A stretch of DNA of 64,000 nucleotides from Rubrivivax sp. (lineage in GTDB: Bacteria; Pseudomonadota; Gammaproteobacteria; Burkholderiales; Burkholderiaceae_C), in assembly GCA_030681795.1 (NCBI GenBank), contig JAUXRG010000064.1:80483-144482 (forward strand), read 5' to 3'. The notes under the pieces are model-generated. The model had not been told where the DNA came from. It saw only the letters and a program-made list of their open reading frames with translations, and did not search any database. The translations under genes and the position numbers were made by a program. This document shows, piece after piece, positions 54,342-61,926 of the stretch; within the stretch, counting starts at the first letter, position 1, and each line of letters opens with the position of its first letter.

Positions 54342-56078
54342 CTATGCCGAACCCGGGTTGCCCTGGGTGCCGACAAGGCGGGGCGTGTTGATGCGGCGCG
54401 GCTTCACGCGGCCACCGGGCTGCGATTTGAGCCAGGTCTCGATGACGTCCCACACCGGCTTGCTGCCCGGCGCGTTGCGCGCCTCCTCGGCCACCGGCGC
54501 CCAGCCCGCGACCTTGTAGGTCTTGCCGGCTTCGATGGCCTTGCCGGCCAGCCGCATGTCTGAGATACGCCCACCCATCTTTTCACCCGGCGTCATCGTG
54601 TACTGCAGGCCGCCCACGCGCACCATATCGCCGCCCTGCTGGTAGTACGGGTCGGGGTTGAAGAGGTTGTCGGCCACGTCTTCGAGGATGGTCTTGATCA
54701 TCTCGCCGCTCATCGGCGTCAGCGTCGTATACGGGTAGGTGATCGCCAGCTGGTCCATCATCAGCTCGCGGGTGATCGCATCGCCCGGCAGCAGGGTCGT
54801 GCCCCAGCGGAAGCCGGGCGAGAAAGCGATCTCGGCGCCCTGCACGTCGATCAACGCGTCGCACACCAACTGGTCCCAGCTGCCATTGAAATTGCCGCGA
54901 CGGTAGAGCAGGCCGTCGGTGACCGCCAGCTTCTCGGCGAGCTTGGCTTCATAGGGCGCGCGCACCTTGGTGATGAGTGCCGCCATGGCCGGGTCGGGCT
55001 GCAGCTGGTTGGCAAATATCGGCAACAACCGGTAGCGGAAGTCGGCGACCTTGCCGTCCTTGACGTCGAAGTCCATCACGCCCAGGAACTTGCTGTTGCT
55101 CCCGGCGTTGGTGACCAGCGTCTTGCCGCCGGCGTTGGCCACCGGCACCGCCACGGGCACGCCGTCGTGCGTGTGGCCGCCGAAGATGGCGTCGATGCCG
55201 CGCACGCGGCTGGCCATCTTCAGGTCCACATCCATGCCGTTGTGCGACAGCACCACCACCACCTGCGCGCCCTTGCCGCGCGCTTCATCGACCATGCGCT
55301 GCATGTTCTCGTCCTGGATGCCGAAGCTCCAGTCGGCCATCATGTAGCGCGGGTTGGCGATGGGTGTGTAGGGGAAGGCCTGGCCGATGATGGCCACCGG
55401 CACGCCGTTGATATTCTTCAGCACATAGGGCTTGAACACCGGGTCGCCGAAGTCGTGGGTCTTGATGTTCTGGGCAAGGAAATCGACCCGGCCCTTGAAG
55501 TCGCCGTCGACGATCTGCTTCACCCGCTCCATGCCATAGGTGAACTCCCAGTGACCGGTCATCACGTCCACGCCGAGCAGCAGGCAGGCGTCGACCATGT
55601 CCTGCGCGTTCGTCCACAGCGAGGTGGCCGAACCCTGCCAGGTGTCGCCGCCGTCGAGCAGCAAGGCGCCCGGCCGGCTGGCCTTGAGTTGCTTGACCAG
55701 CGTGGCCAGGTGCGCAAAGCCGCCGACACGGCCGTAGCGGCGAGCCGCCTTCTCGAAGTCGATGTAGGTGAAAGCGTGCGCCTGCGGCGAGCCCGGCTTC
55801 AGGCCGGCCGCCTTGAGCAGCGACTCGCCCACCAAGTGCGGCAACTGGCCCCGCATGGCGCCCACGCCCATGTTGACGCTGGGCTCGCGGAAATGGATGG
55901 GCAGCAGCTGCGCGTGGCAATCGGTCATGTGCAGCAGCGACACGTTGCCGAACCGCGGCAGCTCGTACAGACCCTGCTGGGCCGTGGCGGCGCTGGCGTC
56001 GGCATAGCGGCTCAGGCTCATGCCGGCGGCCGAAGCCGCTCCCAGCACCTGGAGGAACTCGCGCTTGGAAAGATTCAT
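54342..56078 (-). CDS. soxB: Thiosulfohydrolase SoxB
   Basis: 578 aa with a Tat signal (MNLSKREFLQVLGAASAAG..) and dinuclear metallophosphoesterase motifs (..LLHMTDCHAQ.., ..LLDGGDTWQGS.., ..VVLSHNG.., ..GGHTHD..). Confidence 0.95.
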   Translation of the reverse strand: MNLSKREFLQVLGAASAAGMSLSRYADASAATAQQGLYELPRFGNVSLLHMTDCHAQLLPIHFREPSVNMGVGAMRGQLPHLVGESLLKAAGLKPGSPQAHAFTYIDFEKAARRYGRVGGFAHLATLVKQLKASRPGALLLDGGDTWQGSATSLWTNAQDMVDACLLLGVDVMTGHWEFTYGMERVKQIVDGDFKGRVDFLAQNIKTHDFGDPVFKPYVLKNINGVPVAIIGQAFPYTPIANPRYMMADWSFGIQDENMQRMVDEARGKGAQVVVVLSHNGMDVDLKMASRVRGIDAIFGGHTHDGVPVAVPVANAGGKTLVTNAGSNSKFLGVMDFDVKDGKVADFRYRLLPIFANQLQPDPAMAALITKVRAPYEAKLAEKLAVTDGLLYRRGNFNGSWDQLVCDALIDVQGAEIAFSPGFRWGTTLLPGDAITRELMMDQLAITYPYTTLTPMSGEMIKTILEDVADNLFNPDPYYQQGGDMVRVGGLQYTMTPGEKMGGRISDMRLAGKAIEAGKTYKVAGWAPVAEEARNAPGSKPVWDVIETWLKSQPGGRVKPRRINTPRLVGTQGNPGSA

Positions 56079-56081
56079 GGC

Positions 56082-56732
56082 CTACTGGTTGACCGGCGAC
56101 TTCGGGTCGAGCAGCAGCGCCATCAGGTTCCTGAGCTGGGTCTCGTCGAGCACGCCCGCATGGCCGAAACGCGGCATGCCCGAGCAAGCGCTGAAGGCCC
56201 GAGCGTTGTACAGCTTGGTCCAGGTGTACTCGACGATGGGACGCGACAAGGGGCTTTCGGGGTCGGTGACGCCGCGCTGCCGGCCATAGTGGAGCAGGCT
56301 CGGGCCTATCGTGCCGAAGGAGATCTCGGCCGCCGTGATCTGATGGCAGTTGTAGCAATTTCCCCCGTTGGTGGCAGGGGCGGCTGACTTGTCGGTCCAG
56401 GTCATGCCGCGGCCGCTTTGCGCGAGCTTCTCGCCCTCGCGCCAGTCGCCCAGAAACTTGCCGTCGGAGGGCAGGCGCACGCTCTTGAGCGCCGCCTCCT
56501 GCAGGCTGCGCGCCAGCGCCTCCGGCAACGCCGAGCCGGCGGCGGCCTTGGAACAGGCCGCGTTGGCCGCATCCTGCTGCAAGCGATCGGCCTTGGCGAT
56601 GCCTTCGTCGCGAAACGAGTCGCGCATCATCTGCGCCAGCAGGGCGTCGTAGTCCGGCCTGGGCTCGGGCGTGGCACAGCCGGCGAGCAGGAACGCGGCG
56701 AGCGGCACGGCAACGGTGGTGCGAATGTTCAT
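56082..56732 (-). CDS. soxX: Sulfur-oxidation c-type cytochrome SoxX (long form, lipobox-bearing)
   Basis: 216 aa with one haem site CYNCH and ..GMPRFGH.., immediately between soxA and soxB. The N-terminus ..AAFLLAGCATPEP.. matches a lipoprotein box. Confidence 0.88.
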   Translation of the reverse strand: MNIRTTVAVPLAAFLLAGCATPEPRPDYDALLAQMMRDSFRDEGIAKADRLQQDAANAACSKAAAGSALPEALARSLQEAALKSVRLPSDGKFLGDWREGEKLAQSGRGMTWTDKSAAPATNGGNCYNCHQITAAEISFGTIGPSLLHYGRQRGVTDPESPLSRPIVEYTWTKLYNARAFSACSGMPRFGHAGVLDETQLRNLMALLLDPKSPVNQ

Positions 56733-56747
56733 GCGTCTGGGCTCCGC

Positions 56748-57557
56748 TCAGCGCTTGAGCGCCGGGGCGATGGATTCGGCGCCCTTGGCGTTGACGCCCA
56801 TGTACACACCCAGGGCGATGGTCACGTCGGAGGCATAGCCCGGATAGGGAAAGCGCTGCTGGCGAAAGCAGTCGTTGAGGCGGCGCTGCATGCTCCACAT
56901 CTCGCCGCTGCTCACGCGGTAGGCCGGCCAGGCGGCAAAGCCTATGCCGTCGCCCGGGTTCTTGGTGAGCTCAGGCAGGTCCTGCATGCGGATGCGCTTG
57001 CCCGACTCGCCGTGGCACGAAGCGCAGGAGAAATCGTGCGGACCGCTGCGGTAGAAGAACGCGCGCTTGCCGATCTCGAACATCGTGCGCTCGTCAGCGT
57101 GGACCTGCGAAAGGTTGAAGCGCTGGCCGCGCGACTCACCCGAAATCCAGGCCGTCAAGCCTTCGAGATGGACCTGCTCGCCCTTGCCGAACGGCGTCCT
57201 GGCGATCGCAGCGGCGTCGAAGCCCTGCAGCCTCTCCATGCAGCTGAGCAGGCGCGACTCCAGATCCTGCACCTTGCCCGTATCGGCAAACCAGCGTGGC
57301 AGTTCGACGAAGCTGCCCTTCACGACGCCCGGCCCCTTGCCCAGATCACAGCGCTCGAGCGATGCGTTCTTCGGCCCTCGCCGGGTCTTCCAGAGCTCTT
57401 CGCCCTTGGCCTCGAAGAGCTCGGCAGGGTTGCCGTCCGCCAGCATGGCGCGGTATTCGGCGATGCCCTCCAGGGCGCTCTTGGGCTGCGCCTGCGCGGC
57501 CCCGGCCGCGACCAGGAGGCAGCCCAGGGTCAAGATCAGTCGCATCGGCGTCCTCAT
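56748..57557 (-). CDS. soxA: Sulfur-oxidation cytochrome SoxA (monohaem type)
   Basis: The start is placed at ATG 57557 (MRTPMRLILTLGCLLVAAGAAQA); GTG 57575 or ATG 57545 are alternatives. A single CASCH haem site and ..RRLNDCFRQQ.. (Cys ligand region). Confidence 0.9.
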   Translation of the reverse strand: MRTPMRLILTLGCLLVAAGAAQAQPKSALEGIAEYRAMLADGNPAELFEAKGEELWKTRRGPKNASLERCDLGKGPGVVKGSFVELPRWFADTGKVQDLESRLLSCMERLQGFDAAAIARTPFGKGEQVHLEGLTAWISGESRGQRFNLSQVHADERTMFEIGKRAFFYRSGPHDFSCASCHGESGKRIRMQDLPELTKNPGDGIGFAAWPAYRVSSGEMWSMQRRLNDCFRQQRFPYPGYASDVTIALGVYMGVNAKGAESIAPALKR

Positions 57558-57575
57558 GGGTTGGCAGCCCTGCAC

Positions 57576-57887
57576 TCAGGCCACCGTGGCTTCATCGGTG
57601 CGCTTGTCGCCTTTGTTGTCCACCCAGGTGACGCTGACCTTGTCTCCGGCCTTCGCGCCCTTGAGGTTGAACTGCAGGAACGGATTCTTCGAAATCGACG
57701 GCCCCCACTGCGCGGTCATCACCGTCTTGCCGTTGAGCTGCGCCGTGACGGTCTGGATGAACCAGGCCGGGATCGCCTTGCCGGCAGAATCCTTGCGCTG
57801 CCCGGTCTCCATTTCGTGGCCCATCAGCACACGAACGGTGGCCTTGTCGCCGGCGACTTGAGCGCGAATGCGCATCGGATCTGCCAT
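57576..57887 (-). CDS. soxZ: Thiosulfate-oxidation carrier complex protein SoxZ
   Basis: 103 aa (MADPMRIRAQVAGDKATVRVLMGHEMETGQRKD..) with an AAGGAGA RBS. Follows soxY. Confidence 0.93.
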   Translation of the reverse strand: MADPMRIRAQVAGDKATVRVLMGHEMETGQRKDSAGKAIPAWFIQTVTAQLNGKTVMTAQWGPSISKNPFLQFNLKGAKAGDKVSVTWVDNKGDKRTDEATVA

Positions 57888-57929
57888 GGTGTATCTCCTT
57901 GAAGCTGGGAACGATTCGTGGCCGCGTGT

Positions 57930-58403
57930 TCAGCCGCCGCAGCCGCCGAGCGTGACCTTGACCTCTTTGACCGCGTAGAGCGCCTTGCCGTCGGCCATCA
58001 GCGCCACGGCGAAGACATTCGACGATTGGCCCATCTTGACGCGGGTGGCGAAGTTGGCCTCCACCGCGTCGGTGACGTCGAATATCGCCGAGAGCATCGA
58101 GGGGTTCTTCTCCACCAACAGGAGCAGCCGCTTGACGCCAGGCAGCGCCGTCGAGGCACCGACCGGCACCACGGCCCCGTTCTCGGCGATGTCCGGCCCG
58201 GTGACGATGACGCCCTTGCTTTCCGTGGGTGCCGCCGAACCCAGCGCCTTCATCAGGTCGGCCATGGTCTTGGCGTCGAAGGCCGCGGTGTGGTAGCCCG
58301 TGGCCTGGGCCTGGGCCTGGGCCAGCGCGGGCAGAAGGCCCAGCGCAGCGAGCATGCCCGCCACCTTGGCCGAGTGATTCAGAATTTCCCGACGAGTTTG
58401 CAT
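57930..58403 (-). CDS. soxY: Thiosulfate-oxidation carrier protein SoxY
   Basis: 157 aa with a Tat signal (MQTRREILNHSAKVAG..) and the diagnostic C-terminal ..VKVTLGGCGG. Confidence 0.95.
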   Translation of the reverse strand: MQTRREILNHSAKVAGMLAALGLLPALAQAQAQATGYHTAAFDAKTMADLMKALGSAAPTESKGVIVTGPDIAENGAVVPVGASTALPGVKRLLLLVEKNPSMLSAIFDVTDAVEANFATRVKMGQSSNVFAVALMADGKALYAVKEVKVTLGGCGG

Positions 58404-58487
58404 GGGTATCTCCTTGGCCGGCGGATCGTATTGATCCAGAACAAATCTGGAATGCGTGCAATCCCTAGTTCCTGCGGTGGATCGACC

Positions 58488-59303
58488 TCATCGAGTCGAT
58501 GGGCTCGAGGCCGCGGCCGCCGCCGATGCCGCCAGCGACGGCGGTGGCGGCCCGGCGGTGTCCGCGCCCCGCTGCGCGCCGAAGCGGCGGTTTTGCTCGG
58601 CCAGGTTGCCGTGCGAGTTGCGCGCAAACTCGGGCAGAGCGGAGATCACCCGCGGCTCCTTCACGCAGTCTTTCATGCAGGCCACGGCCTGGACATCGGG
58701 CTTGCCGCCGTTGCCCAGCCCCCTGCCCGGCCACAGGCCATGCGCCGTGGTCGTGCCGTTGCGGTTGGGCAGCTGCGCCTGCACCTGGGCCATGTGGCGG
58801 TCCGACAGTGTGAAATCGTCGGGCACGATGCCCCCCAGGTTGAGCAGGTAGGCCGTGACGGCGTAGACCTCATCGGGCGTCAGCGACTTCGGCGTGGTCC
58901 ACGGCATGGCGCGCCGGATGTAGTCCCACAGCGTGGACAGCGTCGAGACTTTCATCAGCGTGCTGCGGCTGGGGAAGGCCGGGTCCTTGAGGCGCGCAAC
59001 CCGGCCCGTTTCGAGGTCTTTCGCGGTGGTGCCGCCGGCCAGCGGCGAAGCCATCTCGTTGCTTTCACCGAATACGCCGTGGCAGCTCGCGCAGCGGGCC
59101 TCCCAAAGGGCCATGCCTGCGGCCACCGAACCCGAGCCCGGCACCAGGCCCTTGAAGTCGGGCCGCACGTCGATGTCCCAGGCCGCCACCTCGCGCGGCG
59201 TCGCCGGCCGGCCGATCCCGGGGAACGGCTGCGGCACCTGGGCTTGCGCGGTGCAGGCGAGCAGCCACGCCGCGGCGATCCAGGGCCTAGGCCAGCTGCA
59301 CAT
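58488..59303 (-). CDS. soxD: Sulfane dehydrogenase cytochrome c subunit SoxD
   Basis: 271 aa with a signal peptide, the haem site CASCH, and an Ala/Pro/Ser-rich tail. It overlaps the soxC 3' end by 17 nt. Confidence 0.85.
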   Translation of the reverse strand: MCSWPRPWIAAAWLLACTAQAQVPQPFPGIGRPATPREVAAWDIDVRPDFKGLVPGSGSVAAGMALWEARCASCHGVFGESNEMASPLAGGTTAKDLETGRVARLKDPAFPSRSTLMKVSTLSTLWDYIRRAMPWTTPKSLTPDEVYAVTAYLLNLGGIVPDDFTLSDRHMAQVQAQLPNRNGTTTAHGLWPGRGLGNGGKPDVQAVACMKDCVKEPRVISALPEFARNSHGNLAEQNRRFGAQRGADTAGPPPPSLAASAAAAASSPSTR

Positions 59304-60630
59304 TCCTCACCTCGCCGTTCTCCTGCACGAGCCAGGTCTGCAGCGCGTTGTGGTGATAGACCGAGCGCGTACCGCGCACGGCACGCAACTGCCGCAGCGT
59401 GGGCTGCACGTAGCCGGTGTCGTCGATGGCACGGCTCTGGATCAGCGCCGGCTGTCCGTTCCAGACCCAATCGAGGCTGAATCGGGTCAGGCACTTGCCG
59501 AGCACCGGCGTCTGCAGTCGCGCCCTGCGCCAGTTGCGCCCGCCGTCCACCGAAACGTCCACGCGAGCGATCTTGCCTCGGCCGGACCAGGCCAGGCCGT
59601 TGACGCTGTAGAAGCCTTTGTCCAGCAGCACCTGGCCCCCCGAGGGGGTGGTGACCACGCTCTTGCACTCCTGCGTGCTGGTGTATTGCCGCAGCAGGCC
59701 ATCGGGCATGAGGTCCACGTAGGTGCTGACCTCGTCCTTGGTGCCATAGGGCTGGTCGCCGACTTCGATGCGGCGCAGGTATTTGACCCAGCTCACGCCC
59801 TGCACGCCCGGCACCACCAGGCGCAGCGGATAGCCGTTCTCGGGGCGCAGCATCTCGCCGTTCTGCCCGTAGGCCACCAGGACTTCGCCGCTCTCGACGA
59901 GCTCCATGGGCACGGTGCGGGTCAGCGACGAACCGTCGGCGCCCTCGGCGAGCACGTAGCGGCCGCGCCGCACGTCGGCGCCGGCCATATCGAGCAAGGT
60001 CTTCAGCGGCACCCCGGTGAATTCGCTGCAGCTCAGCATGCCATGCGTGTACTGACAGGTGGGCACGGCCACGTTGCCCCACTCCATGCCGGTATTGGCG
60101 CCGCACTCGATGAAGTGGAAGCGACTCACGGCGGGCAGGCGCATCAGCTCATCCATCGTGAAGACCATGGCCTTGCGCAGGATCTTCTCGTCGGAGCCAT
60201 TGAGCATCAGCCGGTGACGCGTCGGGTCGACGTCCCACCAGCCCTGGTGATGGCGTTCGAAGTGCAAACCACTGGGCGTGACGATGCCGAACAGCGACTG
60301 CAGCGGAGCAAACGACACCGACGACTCGGCCGTCTGCGTCAACCCCGGGCTGGTGCGGCGTTGCACGTTGGCCTCGTGCCTGGAGGGCCTGCCATAGCCC
60401 TCGAAGGCCACCGGCCGGCCCAGGCCCCTGGAGTGTTCGGGCAGCTCCAGGAGGTTTGCGTCGCCGCCTGCCGCGGCCGATGCGCCCGTCTGCGCCACCG
60501 CCATCGGCGCGGTCACGGCCGCGCCGGCCGCGGCAAAGGCCTTGCGGATGAAGTCGCGCCGACCGGCGCCGGCCTGCACGAAGACCTCGCGTACACCGGC
60601 GGCGTCGATGAAATTCTCTGGCGCCTTCAT
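59287..60630 (-). CDS. soxC: Sulfane dehydrogenase molybdopterin subunit SoxC
   Basis: ATG at 60630 (MKAPENFIDAAGVREVFVQAGAGRRDFIRKAFAAAGAAV..) gives a Tat signal. Sulfite-oxidase-family body (..HFIECGANTGMEW.., ..GYPLRLVVPGVQG..). 447 aa. Confidence 0.92.
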   Translation of the reverse strand: MKAPENFIDAAGVREVFVQAGAGRRDFIRKAFAAAGAAVTAPMAVAQTGASAAAGGDANLLELPEHSRGLGRPVAFEGYGRPSRHEANVQRRTSPGLTQTAESSVSFAPLQSLFGIVTPSGLHFERHHQGWWDVDPTRHRLMLNGSDEKILRKAMVFTMDELMRLPAVSRFHFIECGANTGMEWGNVAVPTCQYTHGMLSCSEFTGVPLKTLLDMAGADVRRGRYVLAEGADGSSLTRTVPMELVESGEVLVAYGQNGEMLRPENGYPLRLVVPGVQGVSWVKYLRRIEVGDQPYGTKDEVSTYVDLMPDGLLRQYTSTQECKSVVTTPSGGQVLLDKGFYSVNGLAWSGRGKIARVDVSVDGGRNWRRARLQTPVLGKCLTRFSLDWVWNGQPALIQSRAIDDTGYVQPTLRQLRAVRGTRSVYHHNALQTWLVQENGEVRNVQLA

Positions 60631-60830
60631 GAGGCGGCCGGGTGCGGGGGGCTCGAAGTCCAAGGCTCTTCTTTCGTCTCGATCGGGGGGTGGGGCGGAT
60701 GCGGCGGGCCCGAGGGGCCGCCGGACGGATGATCTGCAGGTACGCCAGATTTCGAATCTCGGGCTTCCATCGCGGGTTGGGCCCCGGGACAAACCCGAGC
60801 CCGGGTCGCCCCTTCGCAAACCCGTCAGTC

Positions 60831-60871
60831 CATACCCTGCACGGTATGTGATAGCATACCCAAATGGGTAT
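60831..60871. promoter_or_regulatory. Two tandem palindromic operator-like sites in the soxC / RND divergent region
   Basis: CATACC-c-TGCA-c-GGTATG (60831-60848; 16 of 18 positions self-complementary) and ATACCC-AAAT-GGGTAT (60856-71; perfect 6-bp arms). Centres are 24 bp apart. The second site contains the ATG (60864) of the adaptor gene. Confidence 0.45.
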
Positions 60872-61919
60872 CAAATATCGTTCCATTCTCTGGGCCACGC
60901 TGGCCTTCCTGCCTGCACTGGCCGTGGCCGCCGACGTCCCCGCGCTGACCGTTCAGCGAGGCGCCGGTTCAGGCGGTTTCGAGATCGACGGCACCTTGCA
61001 AGCCCTGCGCCAGGCCACGGTGGCCGCGCAGGTCGGCGGCAACGTGCTGCAGCTGGCGGTGAAGGCCGGCGACCGGGTCAAGGCCGGGCAGCTGCTCGCG
61101 CGCATCGACGAGCGCGACACCGCGGCGGGCCTGCAGCGCAGCGAGGCCGCCGTGGCCCAGGCGCAGGCCGAGGCCACCAACGCCCGTATCAACGCCGAGC
61201 GCACGCGCGAGCTGCGCGCACAGGGCTTCGTGAGCCAGGCCGCGCTGGACGTCGCGCAGACGCAATGGCAGGCCGTGCAGGCCGCCCTCCAGCAAGCCCA
61301 GGCGGGCCGCACCCAGGCGACGCTGGCGCGTGGCTTCGCCGCCGTGACGGCGCCGTTCGACGGCATCGTGCTCGCTACGCACCTGGACACCGGCGACCTG
61401 GCCACGCCAGGGCGTCCCGTGGCCACGGTCTATGCACCCGGCGCGCTGCGCGCCGTGGTGCTGGTGGGTGTCTCGCGCGCGGAGGCCGCCCGCACCGCCA
61501 AGAGCATCGACGTCGATCTACCCAACGGCAAATCCGTGACGCCGATTCGCCGCACCGAACTGGGCACCACCGACCCCGTCTCGCAGACCATCGAATGGCG
61601 GCTGGATCTGCCCCCCGTGGCGACCGAAGGCGCGATGCCCGGGCAGGTCGTGCGCGTGCGCTTCGTTAGCGCGGCATCCGCCAGCGCACCCGGTGCCGCC
61701 GAGGCGCCCCTGCTGGTGCCGGCCGCGGCGGTGCTGCGCCGCGGCGAACTCACTGCGGTGTATGTGGCGCAGGGCGATGCCTACGTGCTGCGCGCGGTGC
61801 GTCTGGGTGCCGACCGCGGCGCCCAGGGCGTCACGGTGCTGGCCGGCCTGAAGCCCGGTGAGCGCATTGCCGCCGACGCCATGAAGGCCGGGCTCGTCGA
61901 TGCCCGGCCGGCCAAGTGA
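60864..61919 (+). CDS. Efflux RND transporter periplasmic adaptor (membrane-fusion) subunit
   Basis: 351 aa with a signal peptide (..LAFLPALAVAA), a lipoyl/hairpin region (..VKAGDRVKAGQLLARID.., a coiled coil rich in AQ) and beta-barrel domains. Confidence 0.88.
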   Translation: MGIKYRSILWATLAFLPALAVAADVPALTVQRGAGSGGFEIDGTLQALRQATVAAQVGGNVLQLAVKAGDRVKAGQLLARIDERDTAAGLQRSEAAVAQAQAEATNARINAERTRELRAQGFVSQAALDVAQTQWQAVQAALQQAQAGRTQATLARGFAAVTAPFDGIVLATHLDTGDLATPGRPVATVYAPGALRAVVLVGVSRAEAARTAKSIDVDLPNGKSVTPIRRTELGTTDPVSQTIEWRLDLPPVATEGAMPGQVVRVRFVSAASASAPGAAEAPLLVPAAAVLRRGELTAVYVAQGDAYVLRAVRLGADRGAQGVTVLAGLKPGERIAADAMKAGLVDARPAK

Positions 61920-61926
61920 GCCTTCG

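Noticed and set aside
58302-58323. A GCCTGG hexanucleotide run (3-4 copies)
   Set aside because: It encodes the AQAQAQA stretch at the end of the SoxY Tat signal peptide. It may be slippage-prone but stays in frame and is unremarkable. There is no evidence of phase variation.
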